Shown: piece by piece, positions 40,643 to 51,024 of the stretch
How the letters are laid out: each line of letters starts with the position of its first letter
Position numbering within the stretch: position 1 is the first letter of the stretch
From: a virus
Lineage: Duplodnaviria; Caudoviricetes
Length of the DNA stretch: 64,000 bases
Virus record (IMG/VR): IMGVR_UViG_3300048060_000061
Location: 1 to 64,000 of that record
Reading direction: 5' to 3' (one strand)
Translations under genes and position numbers: made by a program
Notes under the pieces: generated by a model
Told to the model about the DNA's origin: nothing
Seen by the model: the letters and a program-made list of their open reading frames with translations, nothing else
Databases searched by the model: none

Positions 40643-41860
40643 ATGGCGAGATCTGATACTGTCACTTTACTTCCTCTTGATCGCTATGCACAGATTATGC
40701 AAATCCCTCTCCCACATTTTAATCAGATGAATGGTAATAAGGCTCCAAAAGTTGGAGCTAATTGTAATAGTTTGTGGGACCAAAACGCCAGAGATGCGTT
40801 AGCCTGGGTAATGGCACAGGCAGAGGAGATGATTGCAGAATATCTCAATTTCTGGCCTAGCCCAAAATTCATTACCGAAGAAGAAATTCAATTCAGTTTG
40901 CCGGGAATTCGGAGTGATTGGTGGCACGCAGAAGTTCCAACTCGGTGGTCTAAAATAGACTGTTTTGGAACTGAACAGTTAACGCTAAAAATGGCTGATG
41001 CTAATGTCATTTATACCAATTCAAATAATAATCCGAATGATCGAGAAAACTTGGCGACTATCTCAAGTACCGGTCTTTATGTTGACGAACTGGGCGCATG
41101 TGATGACAAGTGCGAGGTGGCCGTATTCTTTCGTGAGGCAGATGGGGCAGAAGACTCGGCAGATTGCCGATGGGAGATAAGACCACTCAAGGTGGATATT
41201 GATGGTTCAACTATGTCAATAACCGGTGATAGCGCAATGTTTGTAAAACCCGAGCTTTGGGAATTGACTGAACTTGAATCAGAAGGTTCTGTGGATAGTG
41301 AAGCATGGGAGATTAACTTCGATACCGCTAATCTTGTTTCACAAGTAGATGTCTATTGTAGAACAGTCAACCAGGCAACACCTGTTACCCTGCTCTGGGA
41401 AGGTATATGCGATTGCCCCGGCGTGTGTGAACATTCAACTCAAACAGCTTGCGCGTATAGGACTGATAAACGACGCGGTTTTTTCGTCCCAAGGTCGGCT
41501 ACCTGGAATGGCACAAGAAATATTTTTGCCAGTCCATTACATCGCCATATTGCACCCGAAAGTCTACAAGCAAATTATCGGGCGGGGATGCCTCTTGATA
41601 AATCTTGCAGGATGAACCAGTCAATGGAGCGGGCCATCGTAAAGCTGACAAATGCCCTGCTTCCTGAGCCGCCGTGTTCGTTTTGTGGTGATGTAGCCGT
41701 GAGAATTTGGCAAGACGACCGCAAGGCAGTCGATCCGTTGACTCCTGAAGCGGCCAGCATGCCGTTTGATATCTACAAACGCGGTGCGCTTGAAGCCTGG
41801 CGAATTATTAAATTGTTCGCTAGAGGTAGGGGCGGTAAAATGGGCAGAGGATATCGTTGA
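40643..41860 (+). CDS. Head-tail adaptor / head completion protein
   Basis: QAEEMIAEYLNF and ANYRAG...MERAIVKL adaptor-like motifs; lies between head and tail genes. Confidence 0.55.
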   Translation: MARSDTVTLLPLDRYAQIMQIPLPHFNQMNGNKAPKVGANCNSLWDQNARDALAWVMAQAEEMIAEYLNFWPSPKFITEEEIQFSLPGIRSDWWHAEVPTRWSKIDCFGTEQLTLKMADANVIYTNSNNNPNDRENLATISSTGLYVDELGACDDKCEVAVFFREADGAEDSADCRWEIRPLKVDIDGSTMSITGDSAMFVKPELWELTELESEGSVDSEAWEINFDTANLVSQVDVYCRTVNQATPVTLLWEGICDCPGVCEHSTQTACAYRTDKRRGFFVPRSATWNGTRNIFASPLHRHIAPESLQANYRAGMPLDKSCRMNQSMERAIVKLTNALLPEPPCSFCGDVAVRIWQDDRKAVDPLTPEAASMPFDIYKRGALEAWRIIKLFARGRGGKMGRGYR

Positions 41861-42034
41861 TACAATCTTCGCGTAAGACTGCGGCCCACCTGACGCTCTG
41901 ATTTCTCGCTGTAATTCGGTCTATTATTGCCTGCGGTAATGGAGCGGTTGCCATAAAAACAAAAACTCACCATTGGTTGATGAGTTTTTGACTAGTACTG
42001 GCAAATATATGGCAACAAATCTTTTTGCAATCAG

Positions 42035-42223
42035 CTAAGTATTCTGATCTAAAGCCATCCTAACCAGCATGCAAATGTATGTCGCCATTGGTATAAGGCC
42101 ACGTTCTTTCTGTAGGCGGTCGTACAATTCGGGCGGCATTGTTACCATGTGCCGCACGAACTTTTTTTCCCCCTTGCTTGCTTTGGTCTTTGGCCCTGTT
42201 TTGGATCGTGTATTGCTTTCCAT
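42035..42223 (-). CDS. Ribbon-helix-helix (CopG/Arc-like) protein
   Basis: RHMVTMPPELYDRLQKERGLIPMATYICMLV. Confidence 0.65.
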   Translation of the reverse strand: MESNTRSKTGPKTKASKGEKKFVRHMVTMPPELYDRLQKERGLIPMATYICMLVRMALDQNT

Positions 42224-42281
42224 AATCAGTTCCTTTCATAGTGCGAAAATTCAAATCATCCCAAAATATATTCCACTTTTG

Positions 42282-42719
42282 TCACGTTTTAGGCACGAAC
42301 CCTTTGCAATTTTCTAACCTGGCCTTGTTTAGGTTAGCCTCGTTCAAGTTGGCTCCGTTCAAGTTGGCTCCGTTTAAGTTGGCTCCGCGCAAGTCAGCCT
42401 CACTCAGGTTAGCGTCGGTCAGGTTGGCGTCGCGCAAGTCAGCCCAGCGCAAGTCAGCGCAGGTCAGGTTAGTATTTGTCAGGTTGGCCCCGATCAGGTC
42501 GGCTCTGATCAGTTTGGCATCGGTCAGATCGGCTCCGATCAACTTGGCTCCGATCAGCTTGGCTCCGATTAGTTTGGCGCTGTTCAAGTCGGCATCGCGT
42601 AAGTCGGCCCTGCACAGGTTGGCCCCGATTAGCTTGGCCCCGCACAGGATAACCCTGTTCAGATCGGCTCCGTATAGGTCAGCTCCGTATAGGTTGGCGT
42701 CGCGCAGATTTTTCTTCAT
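42282..42719 (-). CDS. Pentapeptide-repeat protein, C-terminal domain truncated
   Basis: Repeats ending ARLENCKG. Confidence 0.9.
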   Translation of the reverse strand: MKKNLRDANLYGADLYGADLNRVILCGAKLIGANLCRADLRDADLNSAKLIGAKLIGAKLIGADLTDAKLIRADLIGANLTNTNLTCADLRWADLRDANLTDANLSEADLRGANLNGANLNGANLNEANLNKARLENCKGFVPKT

Positions 42720-42746
42720 AATGTTTAGTCCTTTATAGTATTTTCT

Positions 42747-43325
42747 TTAGTTCCCTAAAATGGCATCAATGTATTGTTGACCCCGTTCTTTATCTGGGTA
42801 GTTCTTGCTACCCCAATGGTCGAGGGCAACAGATTTCTTGAATGATCGGCAACCGCTATTATACCAATCTTGCCCATCTTTATACCATCTAATCAGGATG
42901 TAACCATCCTCGCGGGGATCCTTTAATAGAACCTTTATTCCTTTGCAATTTTCGATTGTTGCAAAGTTAAAAGTAGCGTCGCGCAGATTGGCGTCGCGCA
43001 GTTTGGCTCCGATTATCTTGGCCCAACGCAGGTCGGCCCCACTCAGGTTAGCTCCGATCAGGTTGGCGTCGCGCAGGTAGGCCCCGTATAGGTTGGCCCC
43101 GCGCAGGTCGACATTACTCAGGTCGGCCCCGCGCAGGTTAGCCCCGCTCAGGTTGGCCCCACTCAGGTTGGCCTCGCGCAGGTCGGCCCCGTGTAGGTCA
43201 GCCCTGTGTAGGTCGGCTCCGTGTAGGTCGGCCCAGCGCAGGTCGGTCCAACTCAGATCAGCTCCGTTCAGATTGGCGTTCATTAGGTTGGCCCTGCTCA
43301 GATTTTGCTTTTGCTCTGTATTCAT
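42747..43325 (-). CDS. Pentapeptide-repeat protein
   Basis: First ~105 nt identical to 34987; shared C-terminal domain. Confidence 0.92.
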   Translation of the reverse strand: MNTEQKQNLSRANLMNANLNGADLSWTDLRWADLHGADLHRADLHGADLREANLSGANLSGANLRGADLSNVDLRGANLYGAYLRDANLIGANLSGADLRWAKIIGAKLRDANLRDATFNFATIENCKGIKVLLKDPREDGYILIRWYKDGQDWYNSGCRSFKKSVALDHWGSKNYPDKERGQQYIDAILGN

Positions 43326-43383
43326 TGGTTAGTCCTTTTCATTATTAGTATTGGATTGACAGATTTCTTCAGAACCGGAGGGC

Positions 43384-43893
43384 TTACGTATAATCTAGTT
43401 CTTTGATCATTTTCTTGACTTTTTCGATTTCTTCAGACGTATGAGCTATGCCTGAATTTAGGAAAATATACCATTCTAACACGCCTTTATTATCCAAATT
43501 GTTGACGTGAACGATAAAGGCATGAGTCAAGTGATGTAGTTTATCTTCATATTCATCAAAATAATGCCCGAAGGCTTTGACCTTATTTTCCAAAAAACAC
43601 AGAACTGCTGTGAGGCGTTGCTTGCCGTCTACCAAGGTTATCGGACCATCAAACGAAGTATCCCAGCCATAGCAGTTGAAATAAATATCACGGCCGCTGC
43701 GTCCACCTTGTAAAATGAATTCAATATAGGCAGATTGCTGGTCCGATGACCATACATGCCCCCGTTGGTACGGAGGATCTAAATCGACTGTAAAACATTC
43801 TGCCCATTCATTAAGCTGTGCTTGAATTCTTTCCCAGTGGATCGTTACAGCGTAACGATCGCTGGGTACTTGTTTAATGTCCTCAAATTTCAT
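43384..43893 (-). CDS. DUF262 (ParB/GmrS-like) domain protein
   Basis: PPYQRGHVW, VDGKQRLT, FLNSG. Confidence 0.85.
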   Translation of the reverse strand: MKFEDIKQVPSDRYAVTIHWERIQAQLNEWAECFTVDLDPPYQRGHVWSSDQQSAYIEFILQGGRSGRDIYFNCYGWDTSFDGPITLVDGKQRLTAVLCFLENKVKAFGHYFDEYEDKLHHLTHAFIVHVNNLDNKGVLEWYIFLNSGIAHTSEEIEKVKKMIKELDYT

Positions 43894-44042
43894 TTTAGTC
43901 ATCTCCTTTTTCGTTAATCTTTCTATCACTCAGTCTTGAATACAAGTATAACCGATTTTACCTATATTGTCAACTAATTTCAATAATTTAAGGTAGTATT
44001 CTAATTTGTTCTATCTATCTCTTGCCTTTTACCTTTGAAAAA

Positions 44043-44147
44043 TTGATAAACGTTCCATAATTCGCTATAATGTAAGAAACATATAAGCCCGGCGCAAGCC
44101 TCGCGTACATCAGGTTCGGAAACTCGCCTTTACGGTGAGTTTTTTTT
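44043..44147 (+). promoter_or_regulatory. Structural-operon promoter/leader/terminator, copy B
   Basis: Near identical to copy A; the A>G change in the terminator stem keeps a G-U pair. Confidence 0.75.
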
Positions 44148-44219
44148 GTTTGAAAATAGTCTGGAAGAGCGCAGACATAGTTAAAAGAAATAGTAGCAAT
44201 AACGCAAAAAGAGGTAATT

Positions 44220-45680
44220 ATGGCGACAATTGTCTATAATTCTGTTAAGAATGCGCTCTGGTTAGTACGCGAATGTACTGGGAACCTGGAATTTCTTGGC
44301 TGCCATGATTTAACAGATCTCACGCGTCCTTTGGGCGAAATAACGAACAGCTACCAGCGCAGTGACAAAAATAAATTTGATATAGTTGCAACCAAACGAG
44401 CCATTCCTGAGCCGGGAACCGCATCAGTAGCGCTATATCGTCAAGTCGTAAATTTACTTGATGAAATCCCTTGTCCATTTAGCCTATTGGTATTCAATTC
44501 GAATTGCGGATCTGATGAAGATCCGACTAACTATGATTTCATTGATGTCCTGGACTCGATCGACAAACTTGAAATCAGCCAGGCTAATGTTGTCAATGCA
44601 ATCGGTGCGGATGGCGCGACTGATGTAGGCGGTGATGTCCTTCAAGAAATCAGTATACAATTTCAAAATTTTTTCACTATGAAGCCTCTCCTTTCTACTG
44701 ATTTGACACTCGCATCATTAGCTGGTCGCATTGTCTCAGATATTTCAGTTTGTGATACTGATCCAGAATGTGGCGATTGCGATACTCCAACTATCGGATG
44801 TCAAACGCTCTGGATTATCACCAACGGGTCACCGGGCTTCTATGGTGATGCTCGTATCTTTAAATCAACAGATGGCGGTACAACCTGGACTGAACAAACC
44901 AACAGTATGACAATAGATAGTGACAACCTGAGTTCGGTTTCCTGTTCTGGAGATGTAGTTGTTGTCACAAACGGAACTACTGCTGAATATCAATTTACAA
45001 ATGATGGTGGTACAACCTGGACGTTAGTCACCACACCAGATCAAGTTATCAGCGATGTGTTCGTTTTATCAGATACGAAGATTTGGTTTGCTGCTGCCGG
45101 TGGGAATATCTATTTCAGCAGCGACAAGGGCGCCTCTATCGTCACTCAGGACGATGGAGTAGCTACTGCTCAAAATCTGAACAGTATCCATTTTGCTGAT
45201 AGCGAAAAAGGTTATGCAGTCGGGGCGGCTAATGCCTTTGTAACCACAATTGACGGCGGAACATCCTGGGCGGCTGGTACTGGTCCGGCAGCGGCTACTG
45301 TACTAAATATTGTCCGTGCCGTTCCAAACTCTAATATCGTTTTTGTTGGCGATGAGAATGGTGTGGTTTACAGGTCGGTTGATAAGGGTGTAACCTGGAC
45401 CACTTCACTACCCGCTATCACAGCATTTGCTGGCGGTATCACTGATATTGCAATCTGTGAATGTAACCGAATTCTGGTAAGCGGTAATGATAGTGATGGC
45501 CTGGGCTCAATTCGGGAAAGTATTGATGGCGGGAATACCTATACGGCAGTCACAACGCCAATTACTGGAGCGGAAAGTATCAATGCCCTGACTTGCTGCG
45601 ACGTCAACACTTATTATGGCAGCGGAGATAATGGAACGATCTTCAAGGTGGCTGGCGCTTCATTCCGTGACACTGATTAA
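44220..45680 (+). CDS. Major tail (tube) protein fused to BNR/YCF48-like beta-propeller
   Basis: ~150-aa N-terminal domain, then Asp-box repeats STDGGTTW, TNDGGTTW, TIDGGTSW, SVDKGVTW; upstream of chaperone and tape measure. Confidence 0.6.
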   Translation: MATIVYNSVKNALWLVRECTGNLEFLGCHDLTDLTRPLGEITNSYQRSDKNKFDIVATKRAIPEPGTASVALYRQVVNLLDEIPCPFSLLVFNSNCGSDEDPTNYDFIDVLDSIDKLEISQANVVNAIGADGATDVGGDVLQEISIQFQNFFTMKPLLSTDLTLASLAGRIVSDISVCDTDPECGDCDTPTIGCQTLWIITNGSPGFYGDARIFKSTDGGTTWTEQTNSMTIDSDNLSSVSCSGDVVVVTNGTTAEYQFTNDGGTTWTLVTTPDQVISDVFVLSDTKIWFAAAGGNIYFSSDKGASIVTQDDGVATAQNLNSIHFADSEKGYAVGAANAFVTTIDGGTSWAAGTGPAAATVLNIVRAVPNSNIVFVGDENGVVYRSVDKGVTWTTSLPAITAFAGGITDIAICECNRILVSGNDSDGLGSIRESIDGGNTYTAVTTPITGAESINALTCCDVNTYYGSGDNGTIFKVAGASFRDTD

Positions 45681-45707
45681 TAATTTTATAAAGTTATAAG
45701 GATATAT

Positions 45708-46109
45708 ATGAAAATAGGTTTAGACTATGGTGGTGTTATTTCATTCTCTCCTGACGGATGGGCCAAAACTATCAAAAAGTCAATAGGAAATGGGCATGAG
45801 ATATTTCTTATCTCGCATGTTAACCCTGGCCTTATTGAACATTTACAAATGAGAACTGACTTTGCAGAAAAAACCGGTGCAGTCAATTTAACTTTCTCTG
45901 ATCTTGAATGGCAGAGTCAAAAAAAACAAGTCGGTCAAAGAAAAGCAGATTTATGCATCCAACATGATATAGAAATTTTCATTGATGACGACTTATTTAT
46001 GGTTCAAGAAGTAGGCAGGATATGTAGCAGGTGTTCATCTCTTTATATTCCACAAAACTTATGGCAAGTTGGACAACGACTTATTGATGGACTGACAGAG
46101 GATTGGTAA
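45708..46109 (+). CDS. HAD-like protein
   Basis: IGLDYGGV, LIS, K...IFIDDD. Confidence 0.6.
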   Translation: MKIGLDYGGVISFSPDGWAKTIKKSIGNGHEIFLISHVNPGLIEHLQMRTDFAEKTGAVNLTFSDLEWQSQKKQVGQRKADLCIQHDIEIFIDDDLFMVQEVGRICSRCSSLYIPQNLWQVGQRLIDGLTEDW

Positions 46110-46113
46110 ACAA

Positions 46114-46853
46114 ATGACAGTAGATTTGATGGCCCTGGCCAAAACAGCAAACGAAACCTATATGGATGTTGATACATCTTTTGGCGAACTTCGTGTTTAT
46201 CATGTACCCGACGCCATGCTTTTATCGATCGGTCCTGACAGACCTGAGCCGGAAATACCTGTAATTAGAATGAGGACAGCTACAGGCTATCAGGATCGAC
46301 AGGCCAAACCGGGGGATGAGCAATACGAAGCCTGGCAGCAAGATAAGACAAATTACGAAACTGAATCGTATCAATTACGAGTAGCAATAGGCGCAGTAAG
46401 CGCCTTAAAGGATATTGATTGGTCAAAATACGATCTAACAAAAGCGCCGCCAATTGATGCTGCTCAAGAAATGTATGATGGTAAATGGCCTGAGCACGAA
46501 CTGCTACGTAAAAAGGCGTGGCTAGATTGGACCATCCTTTTTAAACGCGGTGATCAGACTGCCATTCTTGATGCAATGAATACAATGAATGGCGAGAATG
46601 AACCAACTGATGGAATGGTGGAAGAAGTTAAAAAAAATTCGGTATCGTCCTAAAAACGAAGCCGAAGAAAAAAACAACATCTGATAATAGTTTCTCTATT
46701 GTTTCTCAAAATCCTATGTGGTACAGAGGAGCATCAGCAGCTCTCAAAGCCGGAAAACTCGACATATGGCCATATCTTCCCGCGTGGCATAAGGCATTTA
46801 TTATAGCCGTTGTCGAGGAAGATATTTTGATACATAATATAATCAATGGGTAG
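46114..46853 (+). CDS. Tail assembly chaperone (46114-46653) with predicted -1 frameshift extension to 46853
   Basis: A8 run at 46630-46637 (A AAA AAT); the -1 frame is open 46632-46853, ending just before the next ATG at 46856. Confidence 0.75.
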
Positions 46854-46855
46854 TT

Positions 46856-47347
46856 ATGGTAGCTCAACTAACCAAAAACATAAAGCCAAGGAAGCTAAAA
46901 ATCGACAAGGTGCGGCTTCGAATTCTTAATGGACTACGTAAGGAAGGTCGGATCATTAAGAAAGAATTTGAAAAAACCACGGCTACTTGGAAAGGCGCGA
47001 AGCCAACATTTGAGATTGCTATCGGATTAACTGGGCAAGATGCGATTGTATTAGTAGGCCCGGCTGGTAATCCTGAAGGCGCACAAAAATGGCTATGGTT
47101 GAATGACGGAACTAAGCCTCATGTAATTCAGGCTAAAAATGTACCTAATCTTGTTTTTAGAACTAACTTTAAGCCAAAAACAAAAGTAAAAACATTTTCA
47201 TCAAAATCTGGTAGTATCTCTCCCCCCTGGAGAGCTACACCAAAGGTAAATCATCCTGGCATAGAGGCGCGAGATTGGACTGGTGAGATTGCCAAGAAGC
47301 GTAAGAAACCATTTACGAAAGCAATGATTAAAGCAGCACAGATATGA
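46856..47347 (+). CDS. HK97 gp10-like tail completion/neck protein
   Basis: WLNDGTKPHVI...VNHPGIEAR. Confidence 0.7.
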   Translation: MVAQLTKNIKPRKLKIDKVRLRILNGLRKEGRIIKKEFEKTTATWKGAKPTFEIAIGLTGQDAIVLVGPAGNPEGAQKWLWLNDGTKPHVIQAKNVPNLVFRTNFKPKTKVKTFSSKSGSISPPWRATPKVNHPGIEARDWTGEIAKKRKKPFTKAMIKAAQI

Positions 47348-47599
47348 CACTACTTAAAGATGATGGAACCGTTCCAACTCAACAAAACTCACGTAATATG
47401 AATATTACAGCTTGGCCTACCAGGCGTCTGTCGAACGGCATAGGCATAAGTATCAAAGACGGTTGGAATGTTGGTATAGGTTTTGGTTTAGCTATGGCTA
47501 TTGCTGTGCCACTAATTTTGTTACTTCTTGGCTGTATTATCGGGATCGGGATAGTAGCCCTGGGTGGCTCATTAGGAGCGTTGTTGTAAAGGTGGATAG

Positions 47600-50500
47600 A
47601 TGGCATTAGAACCTTCTGGAATATCACTACAAGCCAAAGGTTTCAAGGATTATGTTAAAAACCTTGATACCATAGAAAAGAAACAACGCGAAGCCTTTGA
47701 TACCGAATTTGAAGGAACCAGTAAATCATTTGCTCAGGTAACCAAAGCAGCTAAAGCCTACGAAAAGGAGCTAGCTGCCGTTGCTGCTGCCGAAAAAAAA
47801 GCACAACAAGAGGCAGAAAAATTAGCTCAGGCTCAGGTAAAAGCTGCCGAAACAGCCCGTACTGCACAGAAAAAACAGGCTAAAGAAGCTGAAAGAAGTA
47901 GACGGGCTGGGCGTACTCAGGTAGGTGAAGGTGTTAGAGCTATTGCGACCGGCGATATATCTGGCGGCTTAAAAAATGTCGTAGGCGGACTTAAAGCTAT
48001 CGGACCGGCGGCAGCGATTGCTACTGGCGGCCTTGCAGCAGTTGCAGCTGGCGCAGTCGTTGTTACTACTGCCGTAGGTGCGATTGGTGTAAGCGTTATT
48101 AATTTAGCTAAAGATACGGATACGGCAACAAGACAAATAGGAGCCGGTCTCGGAATTACAGCGGCGCAAGCAGCAGATAAATATAACAAATCAGTGCAGA
48201 ATATTTTCAAAGATAATCCACAAGCTCAGTTTGGGGAAATTGCGCAAGCAATCACGCTAACTGAGCGTGCGCTTGATGGTCTAACAGATAAACAATTAGA
48301 AAACATAGCAGGTCAGGCGATTAAAATTAGTGATCAGTTTGACCAAGATTTACCAAAAGTTATTGGAGCCTTTGAACAATCAATGGAACAATTAGGACTT
48401 ACTGGTGATCAAGCCGGTGACTTTATAACAGCATCTTTACAGAGACTTCCAGTTGATGATGCGATTGATAGTATTAACGAGTACAGTGGCACATTAGCAG
48501 ACATGGGATTCGCTGGTGATGAGGCATTTTCGCTTTTACTTGGTGGTGCGCAAGGAGCAATTCTAGGAACTGACCGTGCAATTGATGCAATAAACGAATT
48601 TAACATAAGATTTGTAGAGGGCGGTGATGATATAAAAGAAAGTTTTGCTACCCTCGGATTAAATTTTGATGAGTTTAGACAAGCAGCAGAACAAGGAACC
48701 GGAACGGCGGCGGATGCTTTTAAGGCTTTTATTCAACGAGCCGGAGAGGTTGATTTAAGTATTACTTCTAACAGAGCGGCTGTTAACGCGCTTGGTACTC
48801 AGTTTGAACAACTAAGTGCAGATACAATTAAAGCACTTGACCCTGACGCTATTGGCTTTGAAGATGTAGCAGGTGCGGCAGACAAACTTGATGAACGTTT
48901 TGATACATTAGGTGGAGCTTTTCAACAAATAAGAGCTGGTGCATTAGTAGCCTTGGCCCCCATTGGCAAAGTTGTCTTGGACCTTGCCAACTCAATCGTA
49001 CCAAAAATAAAAGCAGCCTTTGAGGCAGTAAGGCCAGCTATAGAAGCCTTTGCCGCCAGAGTTGTACCAGCATTTGAATTTGGCGCCGCTGCCCTCGGCA
49101 GATTAGGAGAAAGTCTCGGATTAGCCCGAGACGGAGCTTCAACATTTGAATCTGTGCTAAATGGAGTTGCCGTTGTAATCGAAGGTGTGGCAGGTGGTAT
49201 TGAAATCTTGGCCAGGGTTACCGAAACGTTCAGACAGATATTTGCATTTGCGCGCGCGGGCGCGGCGGCTTTTGGATCAATTATAAGCGATGTTTTTAGT
49301 ACTGCTATAAAAAGTATCGGCGCGTTAGGGGCGGCTTTTCTAAAACTCGTCAAACTTGATTTCGCCGGGGCAGGCGAAGCGCTAAAAGATTTTGAAATTA
49401 TTGGTATTGATGATGTTAATAAATCTTTAGATAAAGCTGGACAGGCGGCAATTAGTAAATTCAAGGAAATTGCTGTCGATGTAGAAGAAATACCGATCGA
49501 ACCAGTTATTGTACCGGAGGTTGAAATACCGGCAGGTATTGATACGGGATTAGCAAAACCATTTATTGAACAGACCCAGGCTATAAAACTTAGCGAAGAA
49601 GCCCTTGAATCCTATCAAGGTGCATTAAAACAGGCAGAAGATTTACAACGATCTTTCTCCCGTGAAGCTGAAGATAGTGCCTTAAAACTAATTCGCGCCA
49701 ATGAAGATATTGCCCGGTCGCAAGCCAAAGCGGAAAAAGATTTAGGTAGTAAACAGGCCAAGGATAGAGACAAACTTCTTGGTGATCAGATCCGAGAACT
49801 TGATGATTTTGAGAAAGATCGTAAGAAACAAATCGCTAAAGCCGAAGCGGATATTCGGCAAGCTCGAAAAGCGGCAGATGAGAAACGGAAACAAGATCAG
49901 GCGAAACTTCAAAGAGAATTAAAACAGGCGCAGGACAGTTTCAATTTATCTCAATTGCAATCTGAACGACGGTTCAAATTGCAGGAAACGAGGCTGATCG
50001 CAGAAGGCGATATTTTAGCCATACAGCAGCTTAGAGAAGATCAAGCCCTACAACGTCAAGAGGAAAAAGAAAACTTTGACGAGAGCCAAAAAGGGCGCAT
50101 ACAAAGTGCAGAGGAAACGCAGAAAGAGCAAGGCAAGGATTTAGAAAGCCAACTTAGTACGCTTAAGGCAAATCTTGAAGACCAAAAAGCGGAACTTTTA
50201 AGATCTTTTGATGAGCAGATAGAACAACAACGAATAGCACAAGCCGAAGAAAGAACATTACAGCAGCAAAAATTTGCGGAAGATGCCGCAGAACGACAAA
50301 TACAATTAGCCAGAGAAGAAGAAGATCGGCGTATCAGTCAACAAAGGCAGATTGAGGATCTGGGCCGGTCGTTGGCAGAACAAGCCGGGGTGACGGCTGA
50401 AGGGACTGCGGCTATAGCCGGCGAATTGGAAAAAGTCTTTGGTATTGATGGGGTAGCCGACAGTATCATGACCGGCTTTACCGAGAAAACTGAGAACGAA

Positions 50501-50929
50501 TTTACTGATTTGTTTGCGAATTTAGAGAAGACTGCTAGTGAAAGTAGCTTAAAGAAAATATTACAAGAAGTACAAGAAACAGCATTGCCAGGAACATTAA
50601 GGCCATCACCCAGTAGTGGAGGTGGAGGTTTCGGTTCTCGTATAGGCGGCATACCAGAATTTGGGGAGGGCGGTGTTGTCCCTGGCCCTGTCGGATCTCC
50701 CCAAATAATTCAGGCACATGGTGGAGAGACTATTTTTCCTACACAACAAAGATCATTTCAGATGATAGCGCCTGTGATTCCAAGTCAGAGCCTCGAGGTG
50801 CTCATGAGCGGTGGCTTTAATATAACTGGCGACGGGCAATCAAATGAGGCAATCCTACAGGCGGCAACTCAGGAGATGACAGAAAATTTCAGAATAGCAG
50901 TTCGTAGGTTAGCACGGAGAAATAACTAG
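47600..50929 (+). CDS. Tape measure protein
   Basis: 1109 aa Ala/Gly-rich helical protein, DSINEYS...DAINEF, long coiled coil, FGEGGVVPG..AHGGE. Confidence 0.9.
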   Translation: MALEPSGISLQAKGFKDYVKNLDTIEKKQREAFDTEFEGTSKSFAQVTKAAKAYEKELAAVAAAEKKAQQEAEKLAQAQVKAAETARTAQKKQAKEAERSRRAGRTQVGEGVRAIATGDISGGLKNVVGGLKAIGPAAAIATGGLAAVAAGAVVVTTAVGAIGVSVINLAKDTDTATRQIGAGLGITAAQAADKYNKSVQNIFKDNPQAQFGEIAQAITLTERALDGLTDKQLENIAGQAIKISDQFDQDLPKVIGAFEQSMEQLGLTGDQAGDFITASLQRLPVDDAIDSINEYSGTLADMGFAGDEAFSLLLGGAQGAILGTDRAIDAINEFNIRFVEGGDDIKESFATLGLNFDEFRQAAEQGTGTAADAFKAFIQRAGEVDLSITSNRAAVNALGTQFEQLSADTIKALDPDAIGFEDVAGAADKLDERFDTLGGAFQQIRAGALVALAPIGKVVLDLANSIVPKIKAAFEAVRPAIEAFAARVVPAFEFGAAALGRLGESLGLARDGASTFESVLNGVAVVIEGVAGGIEILARVTETFRQIFAFARAGAAAFGSIISDVFSTAIKSIGALGAAFLKLVKLDFAGAGEALKDFEIIGIDDVNKSLDKAGQAAISKFKEIAVDVEEIPIEPVIVPEVEIPAGIDTGLAKPFIEQTQAIKLSEEALESYQGALKQAEDLQRSFSREAEDSALKLIRANEDIARSQAKAEKDLGSKQAKDRDKLLGDQIRELDDFEKDRKKQIAKAEADIRQARKAADEKRKQDQAKLQRELKQAQDSFNLSQLQSERRFKLQETRLIAEGDILAIQQLREDQALQRQEEKENFDESQKGRIQSAEETQKEQGKDLESQLSTLKANLEDQKAELLRSFDEQIEQQRIAQAEERTLQQQKFAEDAAERQIQLAREEEDRRISQQRQIEDLGRSLAEQAGVTAEGTAAIAGELEKVFGIDGVADSIMTGFTEKTENEFTDLFANLEKTASESSLKKILQEVQETALPGTLRPSPSSGGGGFGSRIGGIPEFGEGGVVPGPVGSPQIIQAHGGETIFPTQQRSFQMIAPVIPSQSLEVLMSGGFNITGDGQSNEAILQAATQEMTENFRIAVRRLARRNN

Positions 50930-51024
50930 TGGATGAACTAATAATAGTAATAGTAATTATGATATTCATTCCTATTTTGATTATTGTTGGTCATGTTTTC
51001 CTGGGAAGAAATAGGGGGTAACTG

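Noticed and set aside
34011-43325. Diversity-generating retroelement acting on the pentapeptide genes
   Set aside because: No reverse transcriptase in the window, and differences between copies are not adenine-specific
33932-43332. Long antisense ORFs rich in RSAP/RLA
   Set aside because: Shadow frames of the pentapeptide-repeat genes
46381-46393. 13-nt match (GTAGCAATAGGCG) between spacer 17455-17486 and the tail chaperone gene
   Set aside because: Roughly one such match is expected by chance for this much spacer and window sequence, and the flanks do not match; no full self-target was seen by eye
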